Shown: positions 19,017 to 28,281 of the stretch, piece after piece
Layout: each line of letters opens with the position of its first letter
How positions within the stretch are numbered: the first letter of the stretch is position 1
Position numbers and translations under genes: made by a program
Notes under the pieces: model-generated
Databases searched by the model: none
Told to the model about the DNA's origin: nothing
The model's input: only the letters and a program-made list of their open reading frames with translations
Assembly (NCBI GenBank): GCA_043820105.1
Contig: JBDREC010000027.1
Coordinates: 1 to 48,256 of the forward strand
Source: Pseudomonadota bacterium
GTDB lineage: Bacteria; Bdellovibrionota_F; JAHFAK01; JBDREC01
Length of the DNA: 48,256 bases
Direction: 5' to 3'

Positions 19017-20519
19017 ATGATGAATAAAACATTAATTATTTTAGCTAGTTTGCTACTATTTTCAGCTTGTACCTTATTCCAATCAGGTGATGGTTCTTCT
19101 GATGATTCTGGTTCTGATTCTGATAGCCAATCAAGCAGTTCTGATTTTGATATATCATCCATAACAGCCTGGCTTGATTATTCAGAAATTATTACAAGGT
19201 CAGATGTTGCTGATAATACAAGCATAATTTCAAGAAATGATGTTACTAATACTAGTGGAATTACTTCTCCTGTTACAATTCCTGTACCTAATATATTAAA
19301 ATCTAATGCCAAAACAAAAAAAGCTTCAGAATTTAAAGCCTTTAGTACAGATAATCCTCCTCCAATATTGTTAGTTGCATCAGATGAAAACCCAAGCTCT
19401 GCTGATGTAACTTTTTTAGCATGGGCCATGGCAGATGCAGATGGTTATGTGGACCTTTCTGTTGATACAGAACAAACTTTTAGTCTGTATCTTGTGCTGC
19501 TTACTTGTAATGATTTTGAAACTTGCAGACAGGAGCAAGATGACTCATTGATATTTAAATATGGCACCTATTATGGTCAAGATTCTTTTTCAATTTCTGT
19601 AAAAGGAACCTACAATATCGGTGAAATGGCTCTTTATGATCATATCTCAACAAGCGAAGCATTAACAAGCCTAAGGGCTGAGAACTCTCTTGATGGTCTG
19701 GATAATATAACAGCAAGCTCAACAGATCGGCCTGACGTGCTTGCAATATTAACAGCAGAAGGTACTAGTTCTTTAGATACTCAAGCTACCATTGAAAGTC
19801 CCAATGAAATGATAGTCACATCAACTACTAATTTGCAATATATTAAGTGTCGTCGAAATAATGACCACTTTATAAAACTCGAACCTGATTCAAATGCACT
19901 TCCTGTCATTGATAATGGCTATCTAAAGTCTGTATCTTTAAGTTTCTGGCTAGCACCACTTCCAATCTTAGAAGAAGATGATATATATACTGTTATTGCT
20001 TCTGCTAAAATAATTGACACCATAGAAAATATTAACTCAGGATGGTTTCAAGTAAAGTTAACAAAGAGAGCTGATGATGATTACAGTGATATTAATATAT
20101 ACTCCGGAGGTCATCCTTTAATTGGTCCAGATGCTGAGCATCCAGATGGATCAGAAAATTATAAAATTTTAAATAATGATTGGAATTATGTAGTGATTAA
20201 TATTTATTTTAATAATGAAAATGGAGAAAACAGAGTATCTTCAGAGTTATATATTTATGATAAAAATGCTGAGCAAACTAAAACTACAGGATATGCAACT
20301 GCAGGAGTAAGCTCTTTTCCTGCAGCTGATTGGGAAGAATATTTTATAATTTGTGGGCAAACCTTTGAAGATGATTTGGATATAGTAAATCAGGCAACTT
20401 TATTTATAGATGATATTTTCATAGTACAGGAAAGAGCCTTAGATTTTGAAATTGATGATATTTACCAAGGGCACCTCACTAAATATAATCATACAGTTGC
20501 AACCTATCCACTGAATTAA
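19017..20519 (+). CDS. Lipoprotein, paralog of 4966..6462
   Basis: Lipobox LFSAC, Ser/Asp linker; shared blocks SxITAxxDY, SGIxSPVTIPxP, FxLYLV, CxDxxxC, YG..FS.S, SLDG. Confidence 0.75.
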   Translation: MMNKTLIILASLLLFSACTLFQSGDGSSDDSGSDSDSQSSSSDFDISSITAWLDYSEIITRSDVADNTSIISRNDVTNTSGITSPVTIPVPNILKSNAKTKKASEFKAFSTDNPPPILLVASDENPSSADVTFLAWAMADADGYVDLSVDTEQTFSLYLVLLTCNDFETCRQEQDDSLIFKYGTYYGQDSFSISVKGTYNIGEMALYDHISTSEALTSLRAENSLDGLDNITASSTDRPDVLAILTAEGTSSLDTQATIESPNEMIVTSTTNLQYIKCRRNNDHFIKLEPDSNALPVIDNGYLKSVSLSFWLAPLPILEEDDIYTVIASAKIIDTIENINSGWFQVKLTKRADDDYSDINIYSGGHPLIGPDAEHPDGSENYKILNNDWNYVVINIYFNNENGENRVSSELYIYDKNAEQTKTTGYATAGVSSFPAADWEEYFIICGQTFEDDLDIVNQATLFIDDIFIVQERALDFEIDDIYQGHLTKYNHTVATYPLN

Positions 20520-21397
20520 ATCCTAATTCTTTTTTCCCTTTGTTTAAAAAACTTCACTAAGGGGTCAACAAAATCTTCATCTGTTTTTAAAGAAATAAAA
20601 TCAACTTTAAGTTTTTGGAAAATTGATTTTATGAAAAAAATATTTTTACCAGCCGTTTTTTCATAGTCTTCACGGAATTTTTTATTGGAACTATCAACAA
20701 GTTGCTCTTCACCATTTTCAAGGTCATAGAATGAGATCAAAGACGCTTTAGGCAAAGCTCTTTCTATTTTATCATAAATATTGAATGCAATTAAATCATG
20801 TTTTTTAGAAGCTAAAGATAAAAGATTTTCAAAATCCTTATCATGAAAATCAGAAATTAAAAAAGCCACAGAGCGTTTTTTTATAAGGTGAATTAAATAT
20901 TCAAGGGCCATTGAAATATTAGTGCCACTGCTTCTTGGTTTAAAAGAGATAATTTCTTTGATAAGTCTAAAAATATGACTTTTGCCCTTTCTTGGAGGAA
21001 TAAATTTTTCAATTACATCTGAAAAAAGTAAAAGCCCAACTTTATCATTATTTTTTATTGAAGAATACGCTAAAAATGCAGATAGCTCAGCAGCTAGCTC
21101 ATTTTTAAATTTTTTTGATGTCCCAAAATAATTTGAGCTAGAGACATCAACCATAATAATAATTGTTAATTCACGTTCTTCTCTGAATTCTTTGATATGT
21201 GGAAAACCAGTTTTAGCAGTCATATTCCAGTCAATGTTCTTTACATCATCGCCCACCTGATATTCACGTACTTCTTCAAATTCCATGCCTTTTCCTTTAA
21301 AGGCTGATTTGAAATGTCCAACCATTGCATTATCAACAAGATAATCTGTTTTTATTTGAATTTGCTTTATCTTTTTTAGTAAATCTTTTGAAATCAT
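20516..21397 (-). CDS. DUF58 domain-containing protein (MoxR-associated)
   Basis: FKGKGMEFEEVREYQxGDD..IDWN.TA, EEREL-like, DVSxS, FLISDF. Confidence 0.9.
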   Translation of the reverse strand: MISKDLLKKIKQIQIKTDYLVDNAMVGHFKSAFKGKGMEFEEVREYQVGDDVKNIDWNMTAKTGFPHIKEFREERELTIIIMVDVSSSNYFGTSKKFKNELAAELSAFLAYSSIKNNDKVGLLLFSDVIEKFIPPRKGKSHIFRLIKEIISFKPRSSGTNISMALEYLIHLIKKRSVAFLISDFHDKDFENLLSLASKKHDLIAFNIYDKIERALPKASLISFYDLENGEEQLVDSSNKKFREDYEKTAGKNIFFIKSIFQKLKVDFISLKTDEDFVDPLVKFFKQREKRIRI

Positions 21398-21428
21398 ATT
21401 TTTTTCTTTTTAAAAACCTTAACAAAAC

Positions 21429-21461
21429 ACTTACGACTTAAAACTTACGACTTAGCACTTA
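21429..21461. repeat. Heptamer tandem array ACTTANN x4.7
   Basis: acttacg acttaaa acttacg acttagc actta, abutting the MoxR stop codon. Confidence 0.7.
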
Positions 21462-22448
21462 TTAAGGAACCTCTACTCGTTCAAGAATCATATCAATAAT
21501 ATTATCAGAATCAATTTCTTCAGCTTCTGCTTCATAGCTGACCAATATTCTGTGTCTAAGCACATCATGAGCAATTGACTTAACGTCTTGAGGAGTAACA
21601 TATCCTCTTGCATTAATAAAAGCATGGGCTTTAGCAGCTTTAAACAGATAAATAGAAGCTCTTGGAGATGCGCCATATTGAATTAGATTTTCTATATCAA
21701 GTTTAAAGTCTTTTGGCTGCCTGGTCGCAAACACAAGGTTTAAAATATAGTCTTCAATTTTTTCATCAATATATATTTTATCAACTGAATTCACTGCACT
21801 TATAATATCTTCTGCTTTTAAAACAGGACTTGCGCTTGGTACATCTTTTTTAGCCATTCTATTAATTATTTCTTTTTCTTCTGCTTTACTTGGATAGCTA
21901 ATTTTTGCTTTAATAATAAACCTATCAACTTGAGCTTCAGGTAATGGATAAGTTCCTTCCTGCTCAATTGGGTTTTGGGTTGCCATTACTAAAAATGGTT
22001 CATCCATTTTATAAGTTTCATTAGATATTGTCACTTGTCTTTCTTGCATAGCTTCTAATAAGGCAGATTGAACTTTTGATGGGGCTCTATTTATTTCATC
22101 TGCTAAAATTAAGTTTGAAAATATTGGACCTTTTTTAATACTAAACTCACCGGTTTTGGGAGAATAAACTTGTGTTCCAATTAAATCCGCTGGAAGCAAA
22201 TCAGGTGTAAATTGTATCCTTTGAAAATTTACACTAAGCGCGCTAGCCAGGGTCTTAACTGCCATAGTCTTAGCAAGACCTGGAACACCTTCAACAAGCA
22301 AGTGACCATTGGCTAATAGTGAAATCAGCATCCTGTCAAGTAAATATTTTTGACCAACAATCACCTTTTCAATTTCTTGTTTCAAAATCATAAACTTATT
22401 TGATTTTTCAATAATCTCTTCATTAATCTTTGTAATATCAGTTGTCAT
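21462..22448 (-). CDS. moxR: MoxR-family AAA+ ATPase
   Basis: GHLLVEGVPGLAKT, RIQFTPDLLPAD, LADEINRA, ATQNPIEQEGTYPLPEAQVDRF, GASPRA. Confidence 0.95.
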   Translation of the reverse strand: MTTDITKINEEIIEKSNKFMILKQEIEKVIVGQKYLLDRMLISLLANGHLLVEGVPGLAKTMAVKTLASALSVNFQRIQFTPDLLPADLIGTQVYSPKTGEFSIKKGPIFSNLILADEINRAPSKVQSALLEAMQERQVTISNETYKMDEPFLVMATQNPIEQEGTYPLPEAQVDRFIIKAKISYPSKAEEKEIINRMAKKDVPSASPVLKAEDIISAVNSVDKIYIDEKIEDYILNLVFATRQPKDFKLDIENLIQYGASPRASIYLFKAAKAHAFINARGYVTPQDVKSIAHDVLRHRILVSYEAEAEEIDSDNIIDMILERVEVP

Positions 22449-22495
22449 TTAAATAACCTTTCATAAAAATTAATTAAGTCGCCTGGAAGCATACC

Positions 22496-22623
22496 GTATT
22501 CAGTATTCAGTATTCAGTATTCAGTATTTAGTATTCAGTATTCAGTATTCAGTATTTAGTATTCAGTATTTGGTATACAGTGTCTTTTTCTTAACTGAAT
22601 ACCGAATACCGAATACCAAATAC
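22496..22623. repeat. GTATTYR heptamer array (12 units) plus inverted array (4 units)
   Basis: 22496-22579 mostly gtattca/gtattta/gtatttg units; 22596-22623 tgaatac cgaatac cgaatac caaatac. Confidence 0.95.
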
Positions 22624-22868
22624 CCAGCCCATCTGTTGCGGATTCTGAGTTGAATTCAATAATATCTTTTTGTCAAATAAAATTAAAACTAAGCCATTGG
22701 ATTTGTAAGTTATTGCTATAGTTTATAATAAAAATATAAAAATAAATTAATTTTGCAAGCCTTTTTCAAAACTAATAATTCATTGACTTTTGTGTGAAAA
22801 TCGAGTTTTTGTGGTCGCTTGTGGTTTTGAAACTCATAACTAATTTATAATAAATTTTTTGAGGTATA

Positions 22869-23291
22869 ATGATGAAAATCATTAATGAAAAGATATTCAA
22901 AGAAACAAGCTCTGAAACAGATGTCATTGATATCACTCCAGAGATTGAAAAACTAATAGATAGTTCAAGTATTTCAAATGGATGTGTATGTGTTCATATA
23001 CCAGGTTCAACTGCATCAATTAGTACAATTGAATTTGAACCAGGTGCTATAGCTGATTTTAAAAGAATTTTAGAAAAGCTAATCCCGCGAGATGAAAATT
23101 ATAAACATAATGAAACCTGGAATGACGGTAATGGTTATTCTCATATTCGCTCAACCATTCTAGGCTCATCAAAAACCTTCCCAATCCATGACAAAGTTAT
23201 CCAATTAGGGACATGGCAACAGATTGTCCTTATTGATTTTGACAATAAATCTAGAAATCGGGAAATAAACATTCAAGTAATTGGCGAATAG
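22869..23291 (+). CDS. yjbQ: YjbQ/UPF0047 family protein
   Basis: GSTASI.TIE.EPG, YKHN...DGNG.SHIRS, LGTWQQIVLIDFD. Confidence 0.9.
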   Translation: MMKIINEKIFKETSSETDVIDITPEIEKLIDSSSISNGCVCVHIPGSTASISTIEFEPGAIADFKRILEKLIPRDENYKHNETWNDGNGYSHIRSTILGSSKTFPIHDKVIQLGTWQQIVLIDFDNKSRNREINIQVIGE

Positions 23292-23299
23292 CGTTTAGA

Positions 23300-23908
23300 T
23301 CAAGAAATTAATTTTTTCTTCACCTTATGAATGATAATGAAAGCAATAACAACAAATAGAACAATAAATATGCCAACATTCTTCATTTTAGAAATAGCTT
23401 CTAAGGCTTGATCAATTTCAGCTCCAAAATGATAGGATATAAATAAAATCAAAGGAACAGAAATAATAGCTGCACACAAATCTAAAATTATAAACTTAAA
23501 AATATTTAATTTTATGAATCCTGCAGTTAAATATATTGGTGCCCTTAAGCCAGGTAAAAATCTGGCGAAAAACACAGTTTTCCCACCATATTTCATTGAA
23601 AAACTAATAGCTTTATTGAGTCGCTTTGTAGTAAAAATTCTCTGAAAAAACTTTTTTTCAATTAAGGCTGAACCACCAATCCTGCCTATTGTATAAATGG
23701 TAAGATCTCCCAAAAGCACACCAGACATACATACTAAAAATGCAGGGAAAAGATTTATTCTTCCAGTAAAGCTTAAATATCCTGCTGTAAAGATAGTAAT
23801 ATCCTCAGGAATTGGAAGACCCAAGCCACATAGAAACAATACGGCAAAGATACCAAGGTATCCAAAATTTGAAAATAAATTAAGAAGATAGTCTAAAAGA
23901 AATTCCAT
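23300..23908 (-). CDS. dedA: DedA-family membrane protein
   Basis: GLPIPED, G.LLGD..Y.IGR, FFARFLPGLR. Confidence 0.9.
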   Translation of the reverse strand: MEFLLDYLLNLFSNFGYLGIFAVLFLCGLGLPIPEDITIFTAGYLSFTGRINLFPAFLVCMSGVLLGDLTIYTIGRIGGSALIEKKFFQRIFTTKRLNKAISFSMKYGGKTVFFARFLPGLRAPIYLTAGFIKLNIFKFIILDLCAAIISVPLILFISYHFGAEIDQALEAISKMKNVGIFIVLFVVIAFIIIHKVKKKLIS

Positions 23909-23928
23909 TTATTCTTTGCTAATAAGTA

Positions 23929-26019
23929 TTATTTATTTTTTAAAGCTTCTTTCCTAGAAAGTCGAATCTTACCCTGCCTATCAATTTCAATAACTTTTAC
24001 AGCTATTTCATCACCAGCTGAGACTTCGTCTTCAACATTATTAACTCTGTGATGGGCAAGTTGTGAAATATGAACAAGACCTTCAGTCCCAGGTAAAATT
24101 TCAACAAAAGCACCAAAATCCATAATTTTAATTACTTTACCCATGTACACTTTACCAACTTCAGCTTCTTCAACAATAGCATTTATCATTTTTATAGCAG
24201 CTGCTTGAGACTCTGAATCAGTAGAAGCAATATGAATTTTTCCATTATCTAAAATGTCAATTTTCACACCAGTTTCTTCAATGATTTTTTTAATCATTTT
24301 TCCACCTGGTCCAATTACCATTCCGATTTTGTCAGGATTAACCTGGATAGTTTGAATTCTTGGAGCATATTTGGATAAGTCACCTTTTGGTTCTTTAATT
24401 GCTTCATCCATTTTTTCCAATATATGAAGTCTTCCCTTTTTCGCTTGATCTAAAGCTGCTTCCAAAATCTCTTTACTAACTCCATCAATCTTAATATCCA
24501 TTTGCAGTGCTGTAATACCTTTTTTTGATCCAGCTACTTTAAAGTCCATATCTCCAACATGATCTTCGTCTCCAAGAATATCAGAAAGAATTGTAACATC
24601 ATCGCCTTCTTTAACTAATCCCATTGCAATCCCTGCAATGCTGGCTTTAATTGGAACTCCAGCATGCATTAGAGAAAGTGAAGCTCCGCAAACTGTTGCC
24701 ATTGAAGAAGAACCATTTGATTCTAAAATTTCAGAAACAATTCGAATTGTATATGGAAATTTATCATATTCAGGTAAAACATAACTAATTGAACGTTCAG
24801 CTAAGGCACCATGCCCTATTTCTCTTCTACCTGGACCTCTTAAAAACTTTGCTTCGCCCACAGAAAATGGTGGAAAATTATAATGAAGCATAAATTTTTT
24901 CTTATATCCTTCAACTAAACTATCTATTATCTGTTCGTCTTCTGTTGTTCCTAGAGTAGTGGAAACCAAGGCTTGAGTTTCACCTCTGGTAAAAATTGCA
25001 TTTCCATGAACCCTTGGTAATAAGCCTAAATCAATAGTTATAGGTCTAACTTCATCAGTTTTTCTATTTCCAATTCTAACTTTATCTTTAACTATATTTG
25101 TACGAATGATTTCATGCTCAAAATCTGTTGCTAATTTAGAAACAATCTTTTTAGCATCTTCTCCCCATTCGCATTCAGTGAACTTTTCTATTGCAGCTTT
25201 TTTGATTTCTCTTTTTACATTATACCTTTCCAACTTATCAGGGATGGAAATAGCATTTTGTAGAGGCACATAAATTTCTTCTTTAATAACATTTACAATA
25301 GAAGGTTCTATAATAATAGGTTCAACTTCAAGCTTTTCTTTTCCACATGTTTTGGCTAGTTTTTCCTGAGCTTCAACAATTGGTTTAATAGCTTCGGCTG
25401 CTCTCATTATAGCTTCAAGCATTTCTGCTTCACTAACCTCAGCTCCGCCACCTTCAACCATCATAATTGCATCTTTTTTTCCAGCAACCATTAAATTGAT
25501 TTCAGCTTTATCAAGGCTTTCATAACTTGGATTAATTATCCATTCACCCTCTAACTTACAAATCCTAACACCTGCTATTGGTCCTAAAAAAGGAGCTTGT
25601 GTCAATGATAATGCAGCACTAGCACCAATCATTGCCATTGTATCTGTATCATGTTCAGGATCTAAAGATAATACAGTATTTATAATCTGAACTTCATTTT
25701 TAAAGTCTTCATGAAATAGAGGTCTAATGGGTCTATCTATAAACCTAGATGTAAGGGTTTCTCTTTCAGATAAGCGCCCTTCTCTTTTAAAAAATCCACC
25801 TGGAATTTTTCCAGCTGAAGATGTTTTTTCAAGATAATCAACTGTTAATGGGAAAAAATCCTGATCTTCTTTTGCTTCGTCAGCAACACAGCAAGTGGAA
25901 AGAACAACCGAATCCCCATATTTAATTATAACTGCACCTGATGCTTGCTTTGCAATAACACCAGTTTCTATTGTCAGCGTACGTCCACCAACTTCGCAAG
26001 ACACTATTTGTTTTTTCAT
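23929..26019 (-). CDS. pnp: Polyribonucleotide nucleotidyltransferase (PNPase)
   Basis: FFPLTVDY, IPGGFFKREG, RREIGHG, SNGSSSMA, GDMDFKVAG; KH and S1 domains. Confidence 0.99.
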   Translation of the reverse strand: MKKQIVSCEVGGRTLTIETGVIAKQASGAVIIKYGDSVVLSTCCVADEAKEDQDFFPLTVDYLEKTSSAGKIPGGFFKREGRLSERETLTSRFIDRPIRPLFHEDFKNEVQIINTVLSLDPEHDTDTMAMIGASAALSLTQAPFLGPIAGVRICKLEGEWIINPSYESLDKAEINLMVAGKKDAIMMVEGGGAEVSEAEMLEAIMRAAEAIKPIVEAQEKLAKTCGKEKLEVEPIIIEPSIVNVIKEEIYVPLQNAISIPDKLERYNVKREIKKAAIEKFTECEWGEDAKKIVSKLATDFEHEIIRTNIVKDKVRIGNRKTDEVRPITIDLGLLPRVHGNAIFTRGETQALVSTTLGTTEDEQIIDSLVEGYKKKFMLHYNFPPFSVGEAKFLRGPGRREIGHGALAERSISYVLPEYDKFPYTIRIVSEILESNGSSSMATVCGASLSLMHAGVPIKASIAGIAMGLVKEGDDVTILSDILGDEDHVGDMDFKVAGSKKGITALQMDIKIDGVSKEILEAALDQAKKGRLHILEKMDEAIKEPKGDLSKYAPRIQTIQVNPDKIGMVIGPGGKMIKKIIEETGVKIDILDNGKIHIASTDSESQAAAIKMINAIVEEAEVGKVYMGKVIKIMDFGAFVEILPGTEGLVHISQLAHHRVNNVEDEVSAGDEIAVKVIEIDRQGKIRLSRKEALKNK

Positions 26020-26024
26020 ATATA

Positions 26025-26294
26025 CTACTTTCTAATTCCTAATTTTTTAATAAGAACTTTGTAACGATCAACACTCTTGACTTTAAGAAAATCCAAAAGT
26101 CCACGGCGTCTATTAACCATTTTTAATAAGCCACGTTTTGAATGATGATCTTTTTTATGAATCTTAAAATGTTCAATAAGTTCATTAATCCTTGTTGTTA
26201 AAATTGCAACCTGAACTTCAGGTGAACCTGTATCTGACTTATGAGTCTTATACTGTTCAACTAAATCTCTTTTTTCTTCTCCATGAAGTGCCAT
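26025..26294 (-). CDS. rpsO: 30S ribosomal protein S15
   Basis: [10 protein letters not shown]...HKKDHHS.RGLLKMV; conserved rpsO-pnp order. Confidence 0.99.
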   Translation of the reverse strand: MALHGEEKRDLVEQYKTHKSDTGSPEVQVAILTTRINELIEHFKIHKKDHHSKRGLLKMVNRRRGLLDFLKVKSVDRYKVLIKKLGIRK

Positions 26295-26328
26295 AATAAC
26301 TTTCCTTTTGTAAAATTGATAATAAAAT

Positions 26329-26482
26329 AGTGTTTTGATTATAATATTTTAGTAGATTAAAATGGTGTATTTTTGCGAAAGCGTTTAGCGTATAGCGTAT
26401 ATTGTCTTTTAGCAAAACATTATACGCTGTACGCTGTGCGCCAAAAACGTAAAAATACCTGAAAATATTATAATTTCACACT
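26329..26482. other. Long nested inverted repeat upstream of rpsO with heptamer (AGCGTAT-like) arms
   Basis: 26338-26350 pairs perfectly with 26462-26474; 26367-26377 pairs with 26448-26458; 26381-26401 pairs with 26421-26441. Confidence 0.75.
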
Positions 26483-26628
26483 TGTGAGGCTTCTTATACT
26501 AAAAAATAAGCCTTAGCAAGAAAAAAAGGGGCGTCTTTTGGTAATTAAAAAGCCTTGGTTTTAATTTGCTTTTTAGCATGATAAATTATAGGGAATAAAG
26601 CTTATTTCAACTAAAAACGAGAAAATTA

Positions 26629-28119
26629 ATGAGTAAATATATATTAGCAATTGATCAAGGCACAACAGGTACCACAACCTTAGTTGTTTCTAAAGAAGGT
26701 AAAATAGTATCTAAAGGCTATAAAGAGATCACTCAACATTATCCTGAGCCTTCATGGGTTGAACATGATCCAATAGAAATTTTTGAATCCGTTTTGGGAA
26801 CCATTAAAGAAGCTTTAGCTAAAGCACAACTATCCTACAGTGACATCGCCAGCATAGGAATCACTAACCAAAGAGAAACAACTGTTGTATGGGAAAGATC
26901 CTCAGGAAAACCAATCTGTAATGCAATTGTATGGCAATGCAGACGTTCAGCAGAGATTTGTGAGCAATTAAAAAAAGACAGCCTGCAAGATTTTTTTTAC
27001 AATAGAACAGGCTTGACAATAGATGCCTATTTCTCTGGAACTAAAATAAAGTGGATTATGGAAAATGTTAAACCAGCCAAAAAATTAGCAGCTAATGGCG
27101 AGCTATTATTTGGCACAATCGATACATGGATTTTGTGGAATTTAACCGGCAGAAAAATACATGCAACTGACATGACAAATGCTTCCAGAACCTTACTATT
27201 TAATATACATAAAAAATGCTGGGATGAAGAACTCATAAAAATCCTCAATTTACCTGAAGATATTTTCCCAAGGGTCTGTGACTCTTCATTTTTCTATGGT
27301 GAAACAGATGAAGAATTAACGGGTGGGCAGAAAATACCAATAACAGGAATCGCAGGCGATCAGCAGGCTGCTTTGTTTGGTCAATGCTGCTTTTCTGAAG
27401 GTGATATTAAAACAAGCTATGGAACTGGCGCATTTCTAGTAATGTATACTGGAGAAAAACCAAAGGGAGAAAAAGATCAAAATATTTTGACAACTCTGTG
27501 TTGTGACCCAGAAGGAAAGGTAGCTTATGCACTTGAGGGCTCTATTTTTATGTGTGGAGCCATCCTGCAATGGCTTAGAGATGAGCTTGGCATAATAAAA
27601 GATTCAGCTGACTCTGAAGATATTGCCAATTCGATATCAGATACAAAAGGTGTATATTTTGTTCCAGCTTTTACAGGTCTTGGTGCCCCATATTGGGATA
27701 TGTATGCAAGAGGCGCAATTTTAGGCTTAACAAGAGGAGCTTCAAAAAAAGAAATCGTTAGAGCGGCTCTTGAAAGCATTGCTTTTCAGACAAAGGAGCT
27801 CTTAGATTCTATTTGTGACTACTCAGGCTTTAAAGCAAAATCAATGAAGGTTGATGGTGGAGCTTGTGCAAATAATTTCTTAATGCAATTTAGCTCTGAT
27901 ATCCTTGAAATTGATATGATAAGACCTAATTACCTGGAAACAACTGCATTAGGGGTTGCTTATTTAGCTGGTCTAAATATTAAATTTTGGAAAAACGCCG
28001 AAGCCTTAAAGAAACTAAACGAAATTGAAACTCGCTTTGATCCAAAAATGCTAAAAGACAAACGCGAAGAACTTTTTAAAGGCTGGAAAGCAGCGGTGAA
28101 AAAAGTAAGACATGTTTAG
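26629..28119 (+). CDS. glpK: Glycerol kinase
   Basis: AIDQGTT, ITNQRET, AIVWQCRR, GDQQAALFGQ, PAFTGLGAPYWD, VDGGA..N. Confidence 0.97.
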   Translation: MSKYILAIDQGTTGTTTLVVSKEGKIVSKGYKEITQHYPEPSWVEHDPIEIFESVLGTIKEALAKAQLSYSDIASIGITNQRETTVVWERSSGKPICNAIVWQCRRSAEICEQLKKDSLQDFFYNRTGLTIDAYFSGTKIKWIMENVKPAKKLAANGELLFGTIDTWILWNLTGRKIHATDMTNASRTLLFNIHKKCWDEELIKILNLPEDIFPRVCDSSFFYGETDEELTGGQKIPITGIAGDQQAALFGQCCFSEGDIKTSYGTGAFLVMYTGEKPKGEKDQNILTTLCCDPEGKVAYALEGSIFMCGAILQWLRDELGIIKDSADSEDIANSISDTKGVYFVPAFTGLGAPYWDMYARGAILGLTRGASKKEIVRAALESIAFQTKELLDSICDYSGFKAKSMKVDGGACANNFLMQFSSDILEIDMIRPNYLETTALGVAYLAGLNIKFWKNAEALKKLNEIETRFDPKMLKDKREELFKGWKAAVKKVRHV

Positions 28120-28132
28120 TAATTACTAATTA

Positions 28133-28169
28133 GTATTTGGTATTCAGTATTTGGTATTCAGTATTCAGT
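28133..28169. repeat. GTATTYR heptamer array (5 units)
   Basis: gtatttg gtattca gtatttg gtattca gtattca, just after the glpK stop. Confidence 0.9.
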
Positions 28170-28281
28170 GGTCACTCCCCTCAAATATTACTTTACAAAA
28201 CATTTCCATTATGCTACCCAATTTATTCTTTTATAAATTTGCGGCGTAACCATTTAATTTCATTAGAGAAAGGAATCTAAT

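Noticed and set aside
22496-22623. Possible CRISPR array
   Set aside because: Contiguous 7-nt units with no unique spacers. No cas operon is present; the Cas4-like nuclease motif belongs to the DinG-type helicase.
22476-22660. Riboswitch or 6S RNA around the moxR leader
   Set aside because: The GC-richer flanks do not match any consensus I can recognise; an Infernal search with the repeats removed would settle it.
26555-26570. Sigma-54 promoter before glpK (TTGGTTTTAATTTGCT)
   Set aside because: GG-to-GC spacing is 9 nt, not the required 10.
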